From an uncultured Vicinamibacteraceae bacterium (GTDB lineage Bacteria > Acidobacteriota > Vicinamibacteria > Vicinamibacterales > UBA8438): a DNA stretch of 64,000 nt. Where the stretch lies: contig CAZDQD010000118.1 of the NCBI GenBank assembly GCA_964507425.1, positions 9,461 to 73,460 on the forward strand. Direction: 5' to 3'. Positions 1-7,495 of this stretch are shown here, piece after piece. Every line of letters starts with the position of its first letter. Position 1 is the stretch's first letter. A program made the position numbers and the translations under genes. The notes below the pieces were generated by a model. It saw only the letters and a program-made list of their open reading frames with translations, was not told where the DNA came from and made no database searches.

Positions 1-758
1 TTGTTCGTGGTCGGGTAAATGGTACAGAGGTGGACCTTGTTGTTGATACGGGCGCTGAACAGATGGTACTTTCCAAGCCGTCTGCCCAGCTCACCGGCGT
101 ACGACCGGTAACTAACATCTTGAGTGCTGGTGTCGGGCGGGTTGGTTTTCGAGGACTTGAATCTGGAAGAGTAGACACTCTTGAGGTTGGAACGCTCCGT
201 GTTGAGAACGTACCGACGCTCATCAAAAATCCACCTTTAACCGGGTTGCCAGATACGCGGAGTGAAAATAGTTTTTCGCCGTTGGCTCTCGGTCTATCCA
301 CAGTAGTCGATTATGCCAGTCAAGAACTAACGGTTGCACAGAACTTGCCAGACGAGGCGGTGGATATCGAGATGCCGATGCGATTTCATCGTTTGGCTAT
401 GGTACGTGGTGTGATTAATGGTGTACATCAAAAGAGTTTTATTGTCGACACCGGTGGTGAGGAGATTTCTATCAGTTTAAGTACCGCAAATACATTGGGG
501 ATGATTCCACCGCGGTATATCCCGTTACGTGTGTTCGGTATGTCAGGTTGGGATCAGGATGCGTTTTTACTGCCTGGGGTTGATTTAACGTTTGACCAGT
601 TGGCGTATGACAACTTATCTGTGGTCGTTCTTAATTTACATAGACCAAGCGCTCTGCTCGGTGTTCATATTGGCGGGATCATAGGACATCGGTTTCTGAG
701 TAACTACCGGGTTGCGGTCGATCTGAACGATAGTGTCCTTCGTTTAACTGAGCACTAG
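1..758 (+). CDS. Retropepsin-like (clan AA) aspartic protease with two tandem DTG domains; 5' end lies outside the window
   Basis: The frame is open to the window edge; from nt 3 it reads VRGRVNGTEVDLVVDTGAEQMVLS. A second copy of the same pattern follows about 130 aa later (MVRGVINGVHQKSFIVDTGGEEISIS). Both fit the bacterial retropepsin pattern x-G-x-hNG...hhhDTG. Confidence 0.7.
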   Translation, partial: VRGRVNGTEVDLVVDTGAEQMVLSKPSAQLTGVRPVTNILSAGVGRVGFRGLESGRVDTLEVGTLRVENVPTLIKNPPLTGLPDTRSENSFSPLALGLSTVVDYASQELTVAQNLPDEAVDIEMPMRFHRLAMVRGVINGVHQKSFIVDTGGEEISISLSTANTLGMIPPRYIPLRVFGMSGWDQDAFLLPGVDLTFDQLAYDNLSVVVLNLHRPSALLGVHIGGIIGHRFLSNYRVAVDLNDSVLRLTEH

Positions 759-850
759 GTCGATGTGTTGTTTTTCACCGCGAGGCGGATAGCCTTCCGA
801 CGCGGTCTACGCCTTCAGTTCAGGTCCTGAGCTCTCTTGGTATTTTGCTT

Positions 851-3800
851 CTAGAAATCGTAGCCAATCCAGAATTGGAAGCGGACATTTCGGAAAAGGT
901 CACTTCCTTTTGAGCGACCTGCGATCGCAGCTTCACGGGCAAAGACGACATCTTCCCATGCGCGATTAAACAGAGTGAGCCAAGACCAGTCGAAATGTAC
1001 AGGGAAACCAATGGCGAACGTCGTCAAGCCGACACCGTACGAAGCACGTGCGTTGTTTAACCGAAAGCCACTGATATTGACGGGTTCTCCAAAAGTTTGT
1101 TCAGTTTGATTAGTTCCAGGGTTGACGCGAAAACCCGTCACAGGGCGTACTAGTAGTGGGTCAGTTGACCAAGCGTTTAATGGGTTTCCAGCAAAACTTG
1201 CGACACCGAAGTTGAAAAAGAATGTGCCACGGATACCGCCGAGAATACCTATCGGTGTTGCCATGGCCTCAATTAGCGGAAATCGAAGTTCAGCATTGCC
1301 GAAGAATGCATTGTGCCCGATGAACTGCAGGTAATCGTAACCACGCATTTCAGAAAGTCCGCCAAAGAACGTAAAGTCAGGGAAGTCTCCCCAACTTTTG
1401 AAACCGCGAGCACGAAAGGCCAGAACGCCATTTTCAGCGAGTCGAAGGTAGTATCTACTGTCAAATTCTGCGGTTTCACGTGACAGAAAACTGCCTACGG
1501 GTGGGGAATAGGAGTAGCCCAACATCGTTGTGTTACCAGAGACGGGTCCGTACCCACGAAATACTGTCGTTTCTTGAACGAAACGGACTCCGAGCGGCGC
1601 AAAGTTGCCAGTGTTGAAGAGCGTTGTTCCGAACATTCTCTGTTGGAAGGTGTTTGATTGCGTCTGCAATTCGTCGTTCGCAAAAGATTCCCTGTAGTTA
1701 AACACTCCGGCTGAGAACTCAATTCTTCTAAATCGGTCGAAAGGGTAAATGCCGAACGCAGAACCACCTTGGGTTCGTCGAGTTGCTAGGGCATCATCTC
1801 GACTCAGAAACCCGAAGTTTCCGGCAAACGTGGTGCCTGGGTAGTAACCATAGAAAAATTGCTCCGATGAAAACCCCTGCAGCGCGTATTGAAACCGCCC
1901 CGCATAATTAGCGTATTGAGCTGAATAGGTGCGGTACTGGGATACGGAGTATGCAGCAGCACTGAACTGTTGGTCTCCGAGGACGTCGGTGAACGTAATT
2001 TGCGTACCGCCCAAAAAGTCTCCGTTATTGGTCACGCCAACGTTGAGCGGTGGCATCGCTTCGAGAAACATATTTTCGAAGCGAGCCTTTTGTCGTGTGT
2101 TATCCGGAATTAGTGTGTGACTTAAGGGAGATTGGAAATCGATTAGTCGACCTGGGCTTCCAAAATCTTGAGCCTCGGCGGCATAGAGCGATTCGTCGTG
2201 CTCTATCGTATGTAGCCCGTATTCTCCCCTGTAATAGGTGACAAAGCCGATACGGGTGTTCTCTGACTCGTTGTCTGGTGCAAGAAGGACGGGGTTCACT
2301 ACGGCCGTTGCATTGTCTGTAAGTTGATTTAGTTCTCCGTTATTAACGTTTAACGTCCAGATGTTAAAAATTTCACCGTCACGGGCGGTTTCGGGTTCTA
2401 GAGGCTGAGTGGGATCGACCGCCGTCGAGGCAAAGACGATCGTGTGATCGTCAAGAAATTGTCCTCCTGCTTCATCGTGTGTGCCGAACGTGATTTGCGT
2501 CTGTTCGCGTGTTTCGAGGTCTAGACGGAACAGTTTGTTGTTCCCACTAATGCGAGACATGTAAATGGCGAAGCTTCCGTCTGGTGAGTAAAACGGTGCG
2601 TAGTCGGCTAGTGGGTTATTTGTGAGGTTTGTTACCTCGTGGGAAGCAAGGTCAATTTGGTAGATGTCACCAACCCCGCTGTTGAGTGCGGAGAACATGA
2701 CTGTCTGTCCATCCGGGGCAAAGTCAGGGGACTCGGGCTCATCAACCATGTCGAGGTCGATCAGTTGCTCAACTTTCTTTGTAACGACATTCTGAATGAC
2801 AAGGGCTTTGTGCTTGCCTTTTCTAACCATGTAAGCCAGATGGTCGCCGTCAGGTGACCAGGACATCCAGGGGACAGTAATCCAGCGTTGACCAGGTGCT
2901 GCGATATATTCGAACCCAAAACTCTGATCAAAACCCTCGGTTAAATTGTCTATAACCTCGCCCGTTCTGGAAGACAACAGGACGATGTCCGATTCAAAGT
3001 CTTTTCGGTTTAAGGCGAGTGTGGCAATTACTTCACCGGATGGTGATGCCTCGATGGAGTAAGCGACAGGGTATCGTGACCGCACCGGGTCTGGCGCCAA
3101 GTTACGGCCGTAATCGTCGGGTCGTTCCTTGTCGCGGAAGGCTTCAAAACGGTCCCTAAGGTACGCCTTAAAAGCCTCGTCAAACTCTTCGCCTGTGAGG
3201 TTGAGCGCTTCTTCGTATGGGCTTTCTCCTCCTCCGATTGCGTTTCGACGCAGTGCAAACAGAAATTCCCTAATACCCTCTTGTCCCCATCGTTCTTCGA
3301 TGAACTCAAAAGCGGCATGACCGAGGTTGTAGACTACTCGCCCACTTGCAAATCCACCATATCGTTCGAACTGCGTCATATCCGGCACGATGTCTGCAAC
3401 TGCGACGTCACGGACCTGCATTAAATCAAGAGGCCTCCATACCCCTGCCATGTAGTCCGACAGTCCTTCATCTACCCAAAGAGGTATGTTGTTCCGGATT
3501 ATTGATCGCGGGATAACGTCAAACGCAAAAATATGTGTGAGCTCATGGACGATTAATCGGTACAAGCCGTCTGGTGGCTCATCAATTGGAAGCACGATAC
3601 GGTTTCGTTGTGGTTCAGCGAATGCCCCTACTCCCTCTGGACTCGCACCAGGGATTAAATTTTGTTGTTCAAACTCGCTATGTGTTTTGAAAACCACGAG
3701 CGGGACAACGAAGGCTAGTTCATGGCGTAAGTCGGCACTTATCTGTTGATAAGCGCTTTCTGCATATCCAGCTACCCGTTCAAGGTGTTCTTCAAGTTCC

Positions 3801-3994
3801 GGATAGTAGTAGATTTCGAAATGGTCTGTGGTGTAGATGTGCCAGTCGAATTTGTCGTATTTAACACGGTTTTTCCCATAATACGGTGCGAATTGGTTCA
3901 CCTGCGCAGAGGCCGGTGCTGTTGGCATGGCGAGCAATAGAGTGAGGACGCCAAGTATTACCGGTGACCCGGATCCGAAATAACTGCACTTCAT
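851..3994 (-). CDS. Large outer-membrane protein: signal peptide, HExxH gluzincin-like (peptidase MA-like) domain, PD40/TolB-like beta-propeller repeats and a C-terminal Omp85/D15 surface-antigen barrel
   Basis: Likely start is MKCSYFGSGSPVILGVLTLLLAMPTAPASAQ (signal peptide); the track ORF extends to 4039. HELTH is encoded at 3533..3547, followed by WVDEGLSDY. PD40-like repeats are SPDGDHLAY, APDGQTVMF and SPDGSFAIY. The C-terminus reads GGLSEMRGYDYLQFIGHNAFFGNAELRFPL and ends in aromatic F (IGYDF), typical of Omp85-family barrels. Confidence 0.8.
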   Translation of the reverse strand: MKCSYFGSGSPVILGVLTLLLAMPTAPASAQVNQFAPYYGKNRVKYDKFDWHIYTTDHFEIYYYPELEEHLERVAGYAESAYQQISADLRHELAFVVPLVVFKTHSEFEQQNLIPGASPEGVGAFAEPQRNRIVLPIDEPPDGLYRLIVHELTHIFAFDVIPRSIIRNNIPLWVDEGLSDYMAGVWRPLDLMQVRDVAVADIVPDMTQFERYGGFASGRVVYNLGHAAFEFIEERWGQEGIREFLFALRRNAIGGGESPYEEALNLTGEEFDEAFKAYLRDRFEAFRDKERPDDYGRNLAPDPVRSRYPVAYSIEASPSGEVIATLALNRKDFESDIVLLSSRTGEVIDNLTEGFDQSFGFEYIAAPGQRWITVPWMSWSPDGDHLAYMVRKGKHKALVIQNVVTKKVEQLIDLDMVDEPESPDFAPDGQTVMFSALNSGVGDIYQIDLASHEVTNLTNNPLADYAPFYSPDGSFAIYMSRISGNNKLFRLDLETREQTQITFGTHDEAGGQFLDDHTIVFASTAVDPTQPLEPETARDGEIFNIWTLNVNNGELNQLTDNATAVVNPVLLAPDNESENTRIGFVTYYRGEYGLHTIEHDESLYAAEAQDFGSPGRLIDFQSPLSHTLIPDNTRQKARFENMFLEAMPPLNVGVTNNGDFLGGTQITFTDVLGDQQFSAAAYSVSQYRTYSAQYANYAGRFQYALQGFSSEQFFYGYYPGTTFAGNFGFLSRDDALATRRTQGGSAFGIYPFDRFRRIEFSAGVFNYRESFANDELQTQSNTFQQRMFGTTLFNTGNFAPLGVRFVQETTVFRGYGPVSGNTTMLGYSYSPPVGSFLSRETAEFDSRYYLRLAENGVLAFRARGFKSWGDFPDFTFFGGLSEMRGYDYLQFIGHNAFFGNAELRFPLIEAMATPIGILGGIRGTFFFNFGVASFAGNPLNAWSTDPLLVRPVTGFRVNPGTNQTEQTFGEPVNISGFRLNNARASYGVGLTTFAIGFPVHFDWSWLTLFNRAWEDVVFAREAAIAGRSKGSDLFRNVRFQFWIGYDF

Positions 3995-4304
3995 GAAAAG
4001 ACCTTTCACAGGCTTCGAGCACTGGAATAGTTGTTCCACCTATAGGCGACCCGTTGGCTTCCACTCGCGGTTTCTGGGTTATTTCGATAGTGCGGTTTGA
4101 CAGGTCGTTGACCTTTCGGCCGCTTTGAAAATAACCGTTTTATCGACAGGGATGCACAGGGAAACACCACTTATGAATCTTACCTTAACAAAGTAACGAT
4201 TCTGTTTGTAATAGGTCAGATTCTTCTAGGGAGAAGGATTTAACTGCGAGGTCAAGAACTCTCATATAATCGTAGTGAGTAGAAATACGGGGGATATAGT
4301 GAGA

Positions 4305-4862
4305 ATGACGACGCGCTGGATTATTGCGATAGGTTCGGCTTTTGGGTTTGTGTTTCTGACGTTGCCTGTAGCTCCAAGTTTGACGGGTCAACCGTTTTCC
4401 TTCTTTGAAGATGATTTAGTTGCAGCGCAAACCTGTGACGCGGATGCAAAGCCAGCACCACTTGACTATCAACTGACCGATGTTAACGGCGACGAAGTCA
4501 ATCTTGCTGATCTCAGAGGCAAGGTTATCCTTCTAAATTTCTGGGCCACGTGGTGTGGACCATGCAAGGTTGAGATTCCGTGGTTTGTAGAATTTCAAGA
4601 GAAGCATCGGGAAGATGGACTTGTCGTTTTAGGTTTTTCTGTTGACGACACCCCGGAACAGATTAAACCGTTCATGGCCGAATATAACGTCAATTATCCG
4701 ATGCTTGTTGGACTTGGGCGTGAAGACTTTCAAGAAGCCTATGGTCCAGTGTGGGGGTTGCCAGTAACGTTCTTCATAGACAGAGATGGCACGCTCTGTC
4801 GTACACACATAGGTATTGCAACCAAGGAAGAATTTGAGGCTGATCTGGCTGCGCTACTTTAA
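4305..4862 (+). CDS. TlpA/ResA-family periplasmic thiol:disulfide oxidoreductase (thioredoxin fold)
   Basis: WATWCGPC active-site motif and an N-terminal hydrophobic anchor (RWIIAIGSAFGFVFLTL). ATG at 4305 follows a GGGGGA purine run; alternative GTG starts lie at 4275 and 4299. Confidence 0.85.
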   Translation: MTTRWIIAIGSAFGFVFLTLPVAPSLTGQPFSFFEDDLVAAQTCDADAKPAPLDYQLTDVNGDEVNLADLRGKVILLNFWATWCGPCKVEIPWFVEFQEKHREDGLVVLGFSVDDTPEQIKPFMAEYNVNYPMLVGLGREDFQEAYGPVWGLPVTFFIDRDGTLCRTHIGIATKEEFEADLAALL

Positions 4863-5270
4863 CTTCTAGCCTAGACGGTGAAAGCTGGGTTCTAGATAAG
4901 ATCGCTGTAGTATCATCACGGCATGCCAAAGGGATTTGAACGAGGGCGGCTCGCCTGCGGTTGTCTTGTCGGCTTTCGTAGTGGCGTTGACGGAAGTCCG
5001 ATTACTGTTGTTGTAGAGCAGAAAGGGGTAGGTTGCTTGCTCTCTGTTCATGTAGAGGGCATGTCAATTTACGATCACCGCGAGGCCTTGCGGCGTCCCA
5101 CTCGTTTTATTCCATTTTTTGAGAGTGATTGGGAAGAAGAAGGTTGATGCTGGACCGATCTTAGACAACTGAGAATTCCTTTTTGGGGAGATGAGTCTGG
5201 TTTGTTCGCTTCGTTAGGCTTCGCTACTCCCAAGTTGTATCGGAATCGCTAAGAGTGAGAGGGAGAGGCA

Positions 5271-5573
5271 ATGACGCAATTGGTATCAGAGATTGAAGTC
5301 GACTGTCCTTGCTGCGGCTCAGTTTTAGTTGTGGATTTTAATTTGCGTCGGGTGGTGTCACACCAGGAACCCGAGCGAGACGACAAGCCTATATTAGAGG
5401 ATGCCCATCAGATTCTTGATGCTGAGGCAGCTCGTCGAGAGGCTGCTTTTCGCCAGTCGGTCACAGAGGAAAAAGGGCGTAGCGATGCTTTGTCCAAACG
5501 TTTTGAGGAAGCGTTGGAGCGCGCGAAGGACGAGCCTGTTGCGAAACCCGTGCGTGATTTCGACCTGGATTAG
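5271..5573 (+). CDS. Small hypothetical protein with an N-terminal CxxC-type zinc-ribbon-like start and a charged helical tail
   Basis: Good RBS (GAGGGAGAGG) precedes the ATG. The N-terminus is EVDCPCCGSVLVVD, followed by an E/R/K/A-rich region. No family recognised. Confidence 0.5.
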   Translation: MTQLVSEIEVDCPCCGSVLVVDFNLRRVVSHQEPERDDKPILEDAHQILDAEAARREAAFRQSVTEEKGRSDALSKRFEEALERAKDEPVAKPVRDFDLD

Positions 5574-5605
5574 TGGTCCACGGAGCAGAAGCGGCTACCA
5601 GTTGG

Positions 5606-5965
5606 TCATTGCGGTGCGCTTATTGCCGTCGGTTCATCGTGTTGCCCTGTCTCTTGGTTAGAACCAACGACAAACTGAATCTCATCTTTTTTCATGAGCC
5701 CGAGGTCGGCTCTTGCAGTGGCCTCGATAGTTCCTGAGTCTGTCGAAAATCGTTTTACCAACTGCCGTAGTTCTTCATTTTCTTCCCGCAACAGTTCGAT
5801 TGCAGATGCTAAGCGTTCCTGTTCCTTTTGAGCAGTAAGCATCGCAAGTATCCCTGATTCTCCAAGAAATACTTGGGCAACGAGAACAAGGCCGATTAGA
5901 TAGAGCAGGTATTTACTTGTCCTCAGTGTCGCTGAGTTTCGCAGCGGTGACGGTGTTGCATTCAT
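5606..5965 (-). CDS. ftsB: Septum formation initiator, FtsB/DivIC family
   Basis: Single N-terminal TM helix (YLLYLIGLVLVAQVFL), then a coiled coil (KEQERLASAIELLREENEELRQLVKRF) and the conserved tail IEATARADLGLMKKDEIQF. Confidence 0.75.
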   Translation of the reverse strand: MNATPSPLRNSATLRTSKYLLYLIGLVLVAQVFLGESGILAMLTAQKEQERLASAIELLREENEELRQLVKRFSTDSGTIEATARADLGLMKKDEIQFVVGSNQETGQHDEPTAISAPQ

Positions 5966-6132
5966 CGGATTCTTTTTCTGGTTCCACGCGCCAAATAGAA
6001 GCGAAGTGCTTCTATGACTAATTCTCGAAGAGGGATATCTTGCTCAAGTGCGCGAATTTTGCACTGCCTGAGTAGGTCACGAGGAAAAGACCTGACGTTA
6101 AGGGCGGTCTGATTTATTTCTTCACCAGGCAT
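5962..6132 (-). CDS. Small ribbon-helix-helix-like protein (56 aa), below the ORF-track cutoff, translationally coupled to ftsB
   Basis: My own translation of the minus strand is MPGEEINQTALNVRSFPRDLLRQCKIRALEQDIPLRELVIEALRFYLARGTRKRIR. Its stop TGA (5962..5964) overlaps the ftsB ATG (ATGA overlap). The pattern of a beta-strand (LNVRSFP) followed by two helices resembles CopG/Arc/MetJ-type RHH proteins. Confidence 0.5.
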   Translation of the reverse strand: MPGEEINQTALNVRSFPRDLLRQCKIRALEQDIPLRELVIEALRFYLARGTRKRIR

Positions 6133-6184
6133 GTTACATTAGTTACGTAAGCATATAATGTATCATATGTATCTTATGTAACAT
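6131..6184. promoter_or_regulatory. AT-rich divergent promoter region with a 9-mer repeat set and a TTACGTAA palindrome (candidate operator)
   Basis: ATGTTACAT (6131..6139) is the exact reverse complement of ATGTAACAT (6176..6184). Three tandem 9-mers are ATGTATCAT, ATGTATCTT and ATGTAACAT (6158..6184). The perfect palindrome TTACGTAA lies at 6143..6150 and TATAAT at 6154..6159. Confidence 0.4.
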
Positions 6185-6315
6185 TCGATTTCTATTTATT
6201 TGTTTGAGGTGTGCGTTCTGGAGTGGTCTACTCACGATTATGGGAAGACGTCAGAACATTAGTTGTTCGAGAATAATCGCCGTGTTCACGCAGAAATGGA
6301 GCCTAGGGTCAGGCG

Positions 6316-7368
6316 ATGACAGAACAAGTCGTTACATTGCTGAGTGACACCGAAACACAGCCAACGTCAGGCATGCGCGCGGCAATGATGGCTGCGGAAG
6401 TTGGGGACGAGCAAAAAGGTGAGGACCCGACCGTTCGTCTGTTACAGGATCGTGTCTCCGAACTGTTAGGCAAAGAGTGTGCTTTGTGGCTTCCAAGTGG
6501 CACGATGTGCAATCTCGTGGCCGTCAAATCGCAGACTCAGCCAGGCGACGCAATAGTGGCTGACTGGATGGCTCACATCATTCGAGCCGAATCAGGAGGA
6601 GCGGCCTTTGCGTCGGGTGTCAGGGTGGAGCCAATTCAGACTGACCGCGGTGTTTTTTCAGTTGAAAAACTCAAAGAAGCATTAGGACGAACAGTGACTG
6701 TCCCGCCACCGTACGGACAACGGGTTCGTCTCGTTTGTGTTGAACAGACCCATAACTTTGGTGGTGGCGCGGTCTGGTCACTGGATGAACTACGCGCAGT
6801 GTCAGGCTATGCTCGCGAGCACCAAATGCTTCTCCATATGGATGGAGCACGTCTGCTGAATGCTTGTGTGGCGACGGGAATTCGAGCGGCGGATTTTTCA
6901 GCAACTGTGGACAGTGTCTGGATTGATTTTACAAAGGGACTCGGGGCTCCGATTGGTGCCGTGCTCGCTGGAACGAAAGAGTTTATGTGTAAGGCGCGTC
7001 GTTATAAACAACTTTTCGGTGGTGCAATGCGCCAGGCGGGTATCGCCGCTGCTGGATGTCTCTATGCGATGGACCATCATGTCGACCGATTAGCTGAAGA
7101 CCACGAACACGCCAAGCTGTTGGCAGATGGATTGCTCGCCATTAACGGCATTCATGTTCATACGCCGACGCCAGAGACCAACATGGTGTTCTTTGATGTT
7201 CAGGCGTTAGATGTGAGCAATGAGCGGTTTGTCAATCTAATGGCAGCATCGGGAGTACGCGTGAGTCAAACAGGTCGTGCTATCCGTGCCGTCACACATC
7301 TCGACGTGTCGAGGAATGGTATTGACCGCGCTCTAGATGTAGTTCGGCAGGTTGCTACTAAGTGCTAA
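6316..7368 (+). CDS. ltaE: Low-specificity L-threonine aldolase (PLP-dependent, beta-eliminating lyase family)
   Basis: Family-typical blocks are DTETQPTSGMRAAM, LPSGTMCNLVAV, HMDGARLLNA and DSVWIDFTKGLGAPIGAVLAG (PLP lysine context). Confidence 0.85.
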   Translation: MTEQVVTLLSDTETQPTSGMRAAMMAAEVGDEQKGEDPTVRLLQDRVSELLGKECALWLPSGTMCNLVAVKSQTQPGDAIVADWMAHIIRAESGGAAFASGVRVEPIQTDRGVFSVEKLKEALGRTVTVPPPYGQRVRLVCVEQTHNFGGGAVWSLDELRAVSGYAREHQMLLHMDGARLLNACVATGIRAADFSATVDSVWIDFTKGLGAPIGAVLAGTKEFMCKARRYKQLFGGAMRQAGIAAAGCLYAMDHHVDRLAEDHEHAKLLADGLLAINGIHVHTPTPETNMVFFDVQALDVSNERFVNLMAASGVRVSQTGRAIRAVTHLDVSRNGIDRALDVVRQVATKC

Positions 7369-7495
7369 GGCGTTTTGGAGTTGACTAGCGGATTCGATTC
7401 GTTGAACCGTTAGCCGACCTGCGTTACGCTGGATGTCTCATGGGTCTATTGTTGCCGTCTGCAACGTTACCATTCTCGCGGTGAGGAGACGCATA

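Noticed and set aside
4931-4941. GGGATTTGAAC string resembling the reverse complement of a tRNA T-arm/acceptor junction. It might have marked a tRNA or tmRNA on the minus strand.
   Set aside because: The flanking bases cannot form a T-stem (AGGGA is followed by GAGGG, not TCCCT). There is no acceptor stem or CCA context and no anticodon arm.
4992-5000. GGAAGTCCG resembling the RNase P RNA P4 block GAGGAAAGUCCGG, in a 400-bp gene-free region.
   Set aside because: The other universally conserved RNase P elements are absent, including the ACAGAA..CCGGCUUA 3' P4 strand and the GGUAAGAGCGCACC-type P10-12 block. One 9-mer is not enough.
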